From Schmidtea polychroa (Eukaryota): a stretch of 64,000 bases of DNA. The notes beneath the pieces are model-generated. The model made no database searches, had not been told where the DNA came from, and saw only the letters and a list, made by a program, of their open reading frames with translations. Positions 1 through 10,655 of the stretch are shown piece by piece (the first letter of the stretch is position 1; every line of letters starts with the position of its first letter). The position numbers and the translations under genes were made by a program. The stretch is taken from NCBI GenBank assembly GCA_044892525.1, contig CM097886.1:28458001-28522000 (forward strand), in the 5' to 3' direction.

Positions 1-606
1 GAGATTTATGATCTTTTAAAGATTCCAACTGTTTCTGAAGCTTCCAATTCAACAAAAAATAATCAAATTAAAGTCTTTTCCAATAAAGACAGCGAAATCA
101 TTCTGCAAGGACTGTCAGAAAAGGAAGTAGACGATGAAGCAGGGATTTACGAGTTGTTAAAAATAGGCGAAATTAACCGAAAAGTTGGGTCGACTTTGTT
201 AAATATATCTAGTTCTAGATCACATTTGATATTATTCATTAAAATTAGCGGTACCAGTGAGGTTCAAGGAATCACTAGCAGAGGAACATTAACTCTGTGC
301 GATCTAGCTGGCTCAGAAAATATTTGTAAATCTGGCGCTACTGGCACCCGATTTCAAGAAGCAACGTCCATAAATAAATCTCTAACAACTCTTGGTAGAG
401 TTTTCGATTCTCTTCGAAAGAATCAAAAACCTGCTTACAGAGAAAGTAAATTAACTCACATTCTTAAACCGACATTGGGTGGAGATTCTAAATGTCTTTT
501 ATTCGTTAATGTTCGTTCCGAATCTGAGAATGTTCACGAAACGTTAGGGACTTTGTATTTTGGTCAGAATGCAATGCAAGTTATGCCAGAAAAATGTAAG
601 CATTGA
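1..606 (+). CDS. Kinesin motor domain, C-terminal part (kinesin-14/KIFC-like C-terminal motor; 5' end outside window)
   Basis: Frame +1 is open from base 1 (EIYDLL...) and has SSRSH, DLAGSE, INKSL, PAYRESKLT and LGGDSK motifs. The stop follows right after the motor domain. Confidence 0.9.
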   Translation, partial: EIYDLLKIPTVSEASNSTKNNQIKVFSNKDSEIILQGLSEKEVDDEAGIYELLKIGEINRKVGSTLLNISSSRSHLILFIKISGTSEVQGITSRGTLTLCDLAGSENICKSGATGTRFQEATSINKSLTTLGRVFDSLRKNQKPAYRESKLTHILKPTLGGDSKCLLFVNVRSESENVHETLGTLYFGQNAMQVMPEKCKH

Positions 607-1296
607 TATGAAAATTTGGTACTATATATGTAATAAAGTTGATACGTTATTCTATTTTTAGAAGTGAAAAGATAGTGAAAAGATCAATTGTAAAGATGTT
701 ATAAAGGATCTTTACTAAAAGATAACTTCAAATAGTGAAAGTGGCATAATTAAAACAAAGCTACCAAACATGAAATATTCAGACCGATTTCAGTAGTATC
801 ATTTTCAAAGGGATCGTAATTTTGCACAATATAAAATTAACAGATGTGCAATATCTGGCACTGGTTCAGTATCGTCATCTTTTGTGCAAGTATGATACTG
901 GACAAGTACCCACTTTCTTTGGATATATAAAGATTTTGTACACTAAAACTAACATTTACACACTAAGTTTGACCCACTAAAATATCATTTTTGCAACTAA
1001 TATATTACGTCAGGGGTTCGAATCTTATTTTGCTCACGTAGCACCTAATGACCAAAAAAAATTGACAAATCACATATTTTTTCTTTGCCTAAAAATATCT
1101 TGTAAAAGATGTGAATTGTTGTTCTGTATGCTTTAATGTCATACAAGACAACCTTTACAATAAAAGCTTAATTTTTTAAACTTTTTTTTAAGCAGAAAAA
1201 ACATTTTTTTAATAGAGCTTTATTTAACTTTTTCAAATTTGAAAATGACACAAACAATCAATGGGATATTATATTGTTGTTAGTGGCATGTATGTA

Positions 1297-1328
1297 TGTT
1301 GGGCTAGAACTGATTTCTAGATCCAAAG
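1297..1328 (+). mobile_element. First 32 nt of an older same-family LTR (insertion target), ending in TSD AAAG (1325-1328)
   Basis: TGTTGGGCTAGAACTGATTTCTAGATCCAAAG matches the LTR head in the opposite orientation. It continues as AAAGTTAGAATC... at 23299. Confidence 0.8.
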
Positions 1329-2359
1329 TGGTGGGTTACTGATGATCAAATATTTTGCTCTTTAGTGCTGTTACCAGCGTAACCCAAGATACAACATTGT
1401 TTACCGCTTGATACCCGTTGAATGATCAACGTTGGTACTGTATCAAGAGGGTGAGTGCTCGCAAAAAGTGAGCGCACTACTTGCACTGTAATTGTCGAGC
1501 ACTCTACTGGGTTCACGGACTATCGTTAGAAGATATATGTCCGATTTACGCAGGTCCCTTATTATAATTACTTTCTCAACTATGCCTATACAAACTTTCT
1601 ATCCTCAAACGATCATAAGTCATCAGGAATCATACATTAATCTATTAAAACCTGTTCATACAATACCACATCTAAAATGTTTGAATATAAATTAAGTGAA
1701 ACATAGCCATAGTTTATTAAACATACCTTAAGAAATTTTTGAGGATAATGAATTTAATTATAACACAATCAAAAAAAAAACAACTTATATATTAGTGAAC
1801 ATACAAATAAGGGTCAGAAATTTCACCAACCACAACAACAAAATATAATAACTTTACAAGAACCATGATTGTTTATGACCGCGTATTATTTGACTAAGCG
1901 TATTTCGCGGTGACTATGACTGTCCTAGTTGACCTACAATGACACTCCCCTTTGTTGAGCCCGGGTAGTTATAGAGAGATGGTTAGATCAACAATCAAAA
2001 TCTCACAATACATTTTTGTTAATATTATTTTTTTAATTCAAGTTAAATAAATTCAAAATACATCAATAACTGTTACAAAACAATTCCCTATATAATTTTA
2101 AGAGATACTTCTAGAAAATTCAAATTGACTCAAACTTTATTTATTTTTAAAAATTTGTTTTCTATTAATAATAGATTTTTTTTCTAGAATTTTAAGAAAA
2201 TTTTAATTAAAATTTATAATAATATTAAATTAATTTTACAATACTCGTTACTTACATTTTAAACAAAACTTATACGTCAGTTTGAAGTATTTTAAACTTG
2301 TTTTAACTAATTATTTTTTTTTTAACAAACCATTTTTTTTATATTAGTAATATTTTGCA

Positions 2360-3028
2360 ATGAAAATTTTATCAGTTTTTCTTTTCTAATCATTGTTTAC
2401 TATGTAATGTCAGCTACAGTTAATGAAAATAATTGCGAAGGTATTTGGCACTTATTTTTATTATATTTAAAAATTGTTCAGTTTGTGTTAAGTTTGTGAG
2501 ACGCCTGAAAGATAGTATAGATGGAGACGAAAGTACAAATATCGAAAATATTGAAAATAAATTCAAAAAGATGAGCAAAACAAGTAAGGGAAAAGAATAA
2601 AGTCTGGTAAGGTATTATAACTGATTAATATAAAATTGTAATTTATTTTTAGTGTTATTATATTGGAGGATTGGTAACATCTACTGCATATATTGTAAAA
2701 CATTTGTCTCAGCCTTTGAGTTGGGTTATGCCCGCTGAAAAAGTCTGAAAAACTAAAAGCAATTGATTCACAAATTTGTGAATTAAAATATGGTATGTTC
2801 AGTTAAGATTTTAAATATTAATTCAACTATTTTTCAGACAAACCTATTGATCTTACTGGTATTAATGTAAACAAAGCTCGCGTTAAAGATCTCAAAAAAT
2901 ATTAGAAAGCTGGGGTGAAGAATGTAAAGGTTGTACAGAAAAACTGATTTTATCCGATTAATAAACGAAAAATGCCCATTTATGATCTTAAAGCAGCCAA
3001 GCAAAGAAATAGATTCAGGATGTTGTAA
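2360..3028 (+). pseudogene. MANF: MANF/ARMET-like pseudogene, 4 exons, inside 3' LTR
   Basis: Exons 2360-2440, 2482-2606, 2653-2792, 2838-3028 with GT-AG introns. They give a signal peptide, CEVCVKF, CYYIGG, DSQICELKYDKPIDL, RVKDLKK and WGEECKGCTEK (CxxC). Several 1-2 nt deletions and a TAA at 2598-2600 disrupt it. Confidence 0.88.
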
Positions 3029-3989
3029 TTAAATAAAACATTAAAATTCCCTTTGATCGAATATATTTGTGAGAAACAATTTGGAATTATTTAATTGTGG
3101 AAATCTAAAAGAAATTCTGAAAGATATTTTAATATAAGTTTTCCATTTTCCAACCCCAGGAAATGTATTTCATCAGGATGGTCCATCAACTGAGCTCGAA
3201 GGACTTTTTGGTATGAATATGATTCAAAGAAACAATTATGTGAATAAATTTGATGATCGAAATCAATAAACTTAGTCTTTGTTTTTCTTTTTCTTCTTTT
3301 GATCTAGTTAAAAATAAATTTAGTCTCTTTGATTTAGTTAAAAATAAATCCAATAATTTTAATAAATTAATAAATGATTCTACTAAATTACTTCAGTAAA
3401 CTACTCTATCCTCGTTCCATCACCTTAAAGGGGTTGTGACCATCACATAACAGGGGTCTTGAGGGGGAAGGTTATCGTATTGTTATAAGGTTGTTTTATA
3501 AATCGGTATGTACATACACACATCCACTTATATATACACATACATATACACCCACACATATATACATATATGGATATAATTTAAATTGTTAATATTGATG
3601 TCGTTTTCAGGGGGGGGGTGTTACTAAAAATAGATTTTAGTGATTTTCCGTAATTTTATTGGAAGATAGGGCCATTGAAACTAAATTTAGAGATAGGGGA
3701 ATCCCAAAATCAATAATTTGTTTTATAATTTTATTTTTATGAAATAAAGATAATTATTTTAATAATATAATAATAATAATGATAATAGTAATAATAATAG
3801 TAAGAGTNNNNNNNNNNNNNNNNNNNNNNNNNNNNNNNNNNNNNNNNNNNNNNNNNNNNNNNNNNNNNNNNNNNNNNNNNNNNNNNNNNNNNNNNNNNNN
3901 NNNNNNNNNNNNNNNNNNNNNNNNNNNNNNNNNNNNNNNNNNNNNNNNNNNNNNNATAATGAATGTAAATTTATATTTTTATAGGATTA

Positions 3990-4760
3990 CTACATATGGG
4001 GGGGGATCATTTACGAAAATTTATGGAATTATTTTTTTGGTTCAAATATAATTTAACTCTATACGAAGATGATACAATTCAGTATACTTAAGGAATAGTT
4101 AATGGCTACATGAGTTGAAGGGGGGTCATTTATGAAAATTTTCAATTTATATTTTAAAATATAATATAAGTTAAATATATATTAAGATAAGTTAATTTAG
4201 TATGCTTAGGTAATGGGTAAAGACTGTATAATTTTGAGGGGGGTCATTCATAAAAATTTACAATTTATATTTTTAAATATTATATAAGTTAAATGTATAT
4301 TTAGGTAGTAGTTGATGACGATATGGTTTATTGGGGGGTCTTTGATGAAAAATTTTCAACTATGATTTTAAAGGTAATCCAAGTTAAGTATATATATTAA
4401 ATAGTCTAACTGAGTGTATCAGGTAGTGGTTGATGGTTATATGAATTAAGGGGGGTCATTTATCAAAATTTTCCAAATTTATATAGTAAAGATAATGTAT
4501 TAATGTATTTAGACAATAATTAATGGTTAAGTGATCTGAGGAATTATTAAGTTTGATAACTGCACGTATATAAGTTAATTTATTGCTATATATATTGTTC
4601 TCGACTAATGTATAGTTTGAGGGGGGTACTCATGAAAAAGGTAAGTTATACTTTTATAAGTTTCAAATATACATATATAAGTTAGATTATGAATCTGGAC
4701 ATTTGTTTCGACCATTACGTAACTTGGGGGGGGGGGTATTTATAAAACATTTACAACTTA
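3990..4760. repeat. Diverged ~100-170 bp tandem repeat built on G6-9 tracts (GGGGGGTCATTTATGAAAATT), ~7 copies; second copy at ~20320-21090
   Basis: G-run motifs at ~3997, 4119, 4237, 4333, 4450, 4620, 4726. Confidence 0.7.
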
Positions 4761-4789
4761 TTATAGATTATATTTTTATCGCTAACGTA

Positions 4790-5400
4790 GTTTATATTTT
4801 ATACTTTTATGACCAAATTAAGATTATAATTTATAGTCTTTCAGCTAATATAAGTTTATAATTTATATTTTTATGAAATTAAATTTATAGTTTATGTTTT
4901 TAAAGCTAATATAATTTTATAATTTATACTTTTGAGTTTATAATTTATATTTTATGAAGTTAAGTTAAATTTATAGTTTATATTTTAAAGCTAATATAAT
5001 TTTATAATTTATATTTTTATGAAGTCAAATTTATAGTTTATATTTTAGAGCCCATATAATTTTATAATTTATACTTTTAAGTTTATAATTTATATTTGGT
5101 GAAGTTCAATTTATAGTTTATATTTCCAAAGCTAATATAATTTTATAATTTATATTTTTATGAAGTTAAGATTATAATTTATACTTTTATAATTAACTTA
5201 GAGTTATAATTTATAATTTTTATCGTCAATACAAATTTGTAATTTATAAATTCAAGAAATTAAATTTATAATTTATACCTTTATAACTAATCATAATTTA
5301 TATTTTGAAGAAATTAAATCTATAAGTATAATTCACATTTTTATGAAATTGAGATGATAATTTATACTTTTATGGGTTTACGATTTGTATTTTTATAGTT
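4790..5400. repeat. AT-rich minisatellite (TTATAATTTATA(C/T)TTT units) in LTR; second copy at ~21120-21720
   Basis: Many tandem TTATAATTTATA variants. Confidence 0.7.
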
Positions 5401-7199
5401 AGTTTAGAGTCTATTCAATTTAAAATCCAAGTCTTGCTGATACGCATGTCGAACACCTTTATGAATACTATCACTACTAAATCAATCATTTTTAAAAAAT
5501 CTTTACTTTACACTATTACTAGAAAATTTATTTAAGGCATTTATAAATCTAGATTCGACAAACGCATAGGTAGAGTTGGTTCTTGATGATATTTAACCGT
5601 CTACATTAATTGTGAATTGTAGAGTTGTGATTAATTTAGGTCTGAGATCTACTCTGTTTATTAACCTTAGTGTATCGTATTGTGATGATTTTGGATGTAG
5701 ATTTTAACTATGTAAATTATTCATGCATTGAAAGTCGGGAAGAGTGCTTGCTTACACGGCCCCACTGTGGCCGCTACGACAAGCCCTACTGTTGTGTGGA
5801 GTCGAATCATATCGCTGTCGACCTTTAATACATAATTATTGCCATAACAGAGGGGTTTTATCGACATAACTCTATGGTAGAACCATAAAGTGGCCGACCT
5901 CTGATGACCGAACAAAAAGAAACCAATAATATTGATAAGTGCGTGCCAGGCAGTGGCCTGCAATCATTGTGAACTGTGTACTCATCGATGATAAAGTGCA
6001 TAGGTGCAGGGTTGGCTGGGATCTCGCTTCAAAATCAATGATAACCGACGATCTCACTCAAACCTACATTTCTATAGTTAAAAAGAAATAATGAAAACAA
6101 GGTTTCAATAATAATAACTTATAATTCACAATGAAATCGTTCTTACCTACAATCTCAGAAAAATCAAAACCAAAAATTTGGCATAAGAGTAAAAATATTC
6201 ATTTGCATTTTTTTCCTTTCTTCCAAAGTGACGAAATGTGTTAGTTTATATAGCCTCTGTTTGACGTGTAAGTATACATGCGTGCATTGATGCAGTAAAA
6301 CAAATTCAGATTATTTTAATTCTCGAACATTCGATTTTTAATTTTTATCGATTTTGATGGCGATTTTTCAGTAAGAATTTTTGTTTTTATTTTTGAAATT
6401 TTATTTTCGAATTACTTTTTATTAAATTTGCCTCCATGATGGATTTCAGCATTTCCAGAACATTCCATGCTAAATTTAATCTATTTCTTATTTTTAAATT
6501 GTTTTTTATGATTTCTTTTCTAAAATATTTATTTTTTAAACTAAAATATTTATTTTTTATAAATTTTATTGGGTCGTTTGGCGGTCATGATGGATTTCGC
6601 CATTTTTATGAATTGTTCTGGATTTTTATTCAAAATATCGATATAATTTTCTTTACGTAAGATTTTATGAAGATTTTCTTTAATTTTCTTTTTTAATTTT
6701 TACTAATCGCCTTTATTCGAATTTGTTTTTTGTTGTTTTATGTCTTTCGGTTATATTTGAGTAAGTTTTCGTGTAATACTTCTTGCTCGTGTTTTATTTT
6801 ATTTTTAATTCAGATGTTTTATTTTTGGGTATATTATCTCTCTATTATCATTGTTTACTTGGTGTTTTATATATTTTTATTTAAGTAAACTTAATGCTGG
6901 GTATGCGTGTTGTGTACAGACACATTTCGTCCCATTCCTAACTTTGGGTCTAGAAATCAGTTCTAGCCCAACATAAAACACTCGGGGGCCCATAAAATTG
7001 CGACCCGCAATTTAATCAAAAGTTCAAGATATAATTAGACAGAATTGGTTGCACTGTATTACAAGTGCCTACATGTAATTGGGTCCACGAGCTACAGGGT
7101 CGTGACCTCAATACCCACATACATAAAAAGTTTCTACTGATACACTACATGCTACAGATTGGTTTAAAGATGAAGAGAAAGAAGACCACGGTCGGTCCA

Positions 7200-9009
7200 C
7201 ACAAAATTTAATCAAATTGTTATGCTCAAATAATATCAAAGTAATATATAATATTGGCATCAAATCACAATAATAGTCAAATCATATCATTGTCGAATCA
7301 TGTCAGGGTCATTGTTAAATCATATCTAGATCATTTTCAGATCATTGTCAATCGAATCAGGATCATTGTCAACACATAATAAGAACATTGTCAATCAACT
7401 CAAGATCGTTGTCATATTATATCAGGATCATTGTCGGTTTATATCAGGATTTAAACACTCGGTTGTTCGGGATCTCGTCTCGATGACGGCTCTAATTTTG
7501 AAGTTTGTAGAAGATAGATTTGATAGATTTGGTCTCTGGGTATTGGTTCTTCTATTAGAATGCGAATGCTTCGGAATTGTTCTTTCAACTTGAGAGTTTT
7601 GGTGCTTTCATGGATTTGAGTGGGTTAAGGGCTATCAAGCTCAGTATTGTTATTTATCATGAGATTCGCTGCTAACAGGATCAGTACTGTTATGGATTCG
7701 GGGTTTTTTTTACATTCAAAAAAAAAATTTTTTTTTTTATTTATTTTTTTTTCTCTGTTGACCTTGTTTTGATTGCCACTTCTTTCTTTATCTCTCGTCA
7801 CATGCTCACTGTTTTCATTAGTTGGATTGTATCAGTCGAGTTGAGTTCCTCTTCGAGGTTATTTGATTCAGTGTGTAGGGTATTGTTTACTGTCGTCATT
7901 ACTCCTTTCCAGATTTCCGTGAACATCTTTATTAGGACATTTTAGTATGCGAAGTCTTCGTTGAAGGTAGTTGATATTCTCCTCTTTATTCCTTCTAAAG
8001 TTTTGGTCATTGTCTCATGGTTCATCGGGATTTTGTCAATAGTTGTTATTATTTCCATCTATATCTCTCTCAATGTTTTTATTATTTCATCTTGAGTAAT
8101 TGTCTTTTCTTTGACTGCGTTATTTACCCTTTCCTTTATTTCTTCGAGCGTCTTTGTTTCATAGTTGCTCGGACATTCGTTGACAGTCATCATTATTCGC
8201 TGCTTTATTTCTTCTAAGATTTTTATTATTATTGTCATCTGGGATGTGGCTGATTCTTGCTGTGGTTCTCTCTTTAATTTCTGCTTTTCTCGTTACAATT
8301 CGTGTAGTACCTCCATGGCATAATCTACATCATCATAGGGTTTGACGTGTCCTATTAATAATCTTCTACACACTTTGTCCACACACAATAGTCTCTCCTC
8401 GAATTCATCTGACTTGACCTAATATTTTCTTATCAGCTCATAATTAATAGTTTTGTTCCTCCACTTCTCTCCACTTTCCCTCGGCATTCTGCCATGATAG
8501 CGTTTAATTTCGGATTTTCTACTTTGGCTATAATTTTGTTTGTTTACAGGGCTACTTTTCCCTTCTTTTATGCCTCTCTCGTTGAGTCCGGTTCCCCAGT
8601 TCCTGGTAGGCCGGTTATCCATTCAACTATACTCGTGATATCATCATGCTGACGGCCTTCGCGTAATCTCCTGATTTCTCCTGTCTACCATTTTATTTGG
8701 CTTATCAACTGTTTGTTATTGTATTCTAATTGTGCGATTATTTGTTGTTGCTCCTTTATTCTTGTTATATATATCGAGTTTCTATTGATGCTCTCCATTA
8801 ACGCATTCATAACCAAAGAATATTTTTGTCATTAATTCACCTTGTGTTCTTCACATTGATCCTGCTGACTAACTTGGTTGGTTTATCGTTGTACTTGTAT
8901 CAATTTCTACTATTTATGTCTGATTAATATTTACTAGTGGTTGATTTCCCAATTCAACAACATGTGGCATCCTCGTTTGATATACTTGATCCTCGTTTCT
9001 CTGATTCAT
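7200..9009 (-). pseudogene. Decayed accessory ORF3 of the LTR element (coiled-coil-like, unknown function)
   Basis: ATG at 9009 (MNQRNEDQVYQ...) is followed by long mostly-open stretches (LMESINRNSIYITRIKEQQQIIAQLEYNNKQL; TKTLEEIKERVNNAVKEKTITQDEIIKTLRE) broken by stops and frameshifts. DNDPD-like repeats occur near 7260-7450. Confidence 0.45.
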
Positions 9010-9146
9010 TTCTTATTTTTAATACGTAGTTATCATACCCATTTTTTTGTACTTTTTTTTTTTTTTTTTGAACATATTACTAATCTACTAAACTACTTTT
9101 AACATCACGTTTATATACACACTATTTACATCGACTCATCACTTTC

Positions 9147-10655
9147 TTATACCATTGTTGCCAGGGGACCTGAATGCAATGTGCGCATTCCCCCATATCT
9201 TTCATCCGTTAGTCGGTATATGTCAAATTCGTTTACACAATCGTCTAGGGTTTGTATTCTGAGTAATTCTTGCGTCCATAGTCTGCTTGACCTTGGATCT
9301 TCAATCGCTTCGTACTCTTCTGGATTCGGGTCTTCTGTTGGAATACCATATTCGGAATTCTCCACTTGTGGCCATCTTTTTCTGCCTTTAGGTTTTTGTT
9401 TACATATTTTGGAGGTTCTTATCCATTGGATTATTATTGATGTTATCACTGCACTCATTATTGCGCTAGCGATCCACATCATTTTAACGGTTATCAGTGT
9501 CTTGTTGTTGAATTTTCCTGTCGTCATCATCATTTTAGTTTCTGTTGTAGTTGCCTCCTGTGTTTTATTTTTCTTGAGCATCTGGTATAACTGTTTCGTT
9601 TCTTCTGCCGTTAGATGTTCGTTTCCTTTTGGCTTTTCCACTTCTTTTGGTTTTCTGGTTGCCAATGGTATGTTTATCAACCGTGGTCGTTGTCTGGTTA
9701 TTGCTTGGCATGAACTTAAATCGCTTCCGTTTTTAAGAACGCATATGTGGTATCGTCCCTTTCTTTCTCCTATTGTCATTTTAACTTCTGCACCTTTGTC
9801 AAGTAGTGTTTCTATGCAGTCGACTATTCCTGTCCTGTTTAGTACACATACTCTTACTATTGGTTCTTCACCTTGGTTTCTGACCGTGATTACTTCTTCT
9901 CTTTTCTTGTTGAATTCGACATTTACTAGTACTTCTCGTCTCTCATCTTTGATCCATATTACTGTTGTGTTTTTCTTGGTTTGGTGCTGTCCTCTTATCA
10001 TTCCCGTACGGGATTGTTTCTGGGGTTTCTTAATTGCCGGTTTGATCCTTGGTTGATATCTTTTACTAGCCATACTTTTTGGCCTGCTTTTTATTTGCGC
10101 GGTTTTAACTGCTTTACATACCACTATTGCCTGGGTACCTGCGCATACCACCATGTTGGTGTTTGGTTTTACGTTTGTCCAAAAAAATTCGCGATCTCGT
10201 TTCATGTCTACCGTTATACATATGTCTTCGTCATCTCTAAAACATATTTGCGTTGTTGGCAAATTTCCTTTATCTATTATTTCGATACCTTCCATTGTAG
10301 TTTTAATTGCGACATGTACTCCGGTTTCGTTAGCTCTTTCCAATTCTTTTTCTTCTGATGTTATGTCTTCGCAAATGTTGTAGTCTCCGCATAATTCAGG
10401 TTCTCCATTTTGACTATTGAAAATCCTCCCTTTTGTTATCGTTCTAAAATCACAACTTACTCCGGTTCCTTCCATCAATTGGATGCATATCCCGACCGCG
10501 TTTCCGTTGTTGCCGCTGACTTTTATCATGAATAGTTCGCCTTCTTTCAGATTTCCTCTCGTAATTCGCGTATTTTTCGTTTCTGTTAGGCAAATTGACG
10601 TTAGTATTATTAGGATAATTTATAGTAGGAGTGACTGGTTTAGATTCTTCCGCAT
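9147..10655 (-). CDS. Env-like type I membrane glycoprotein (signal-like peptide interrupted by TAA at 10620-10622)
   Basis: The 460 aa ORF extends upstream without stops to MRKNLNQSLLL*IILIILTSICLTET. It has 6 closely spaced Cys pairs, several N-x-T/S sites, a TM segment MWIASAIMSAVITSIIIQWI, then a basic stop-transfer stretch and a Tyr-motif tail. Confidence 0.7.

Larger units (their letters stand above)
1329..6973 (-). repeat. 3' LTR (~5.6 kb, includes N gap 3808-3955)
   Basis: Near-identical to 17687-23298 (offset 16358 at the left end); only about a dozen substitutions/small indels seen by eye. Confidence 0.92.

Noticed and set aside
1337-1390. CTGATGA at the LTR tail as a hammerhead or snoRNA C box
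   Set aside because: No GAAA core or D box in the correct position; better explained as part of the U5 structure.
5895-5945. Hammerhead-like CTGATGA...GAAAC in the LTR
   Set aside because: Stems I-III do not pair convincingly, and the core is not conserved in the diverged inverted copy near 24200.
5990-6030. Rossmann-like CIGAGLAGIS on the + strand in the LTR
   Set aside because: Isolated 10-residue match in a frame with nearby stops; likely chance.
9181-10056. 291 aa hydrophobic + strand ORF and other long + ORFs over 9-14 kb
   Set aside because: Antisense shadows of the A/G-rich Gag/Env frame; no independent motifs.
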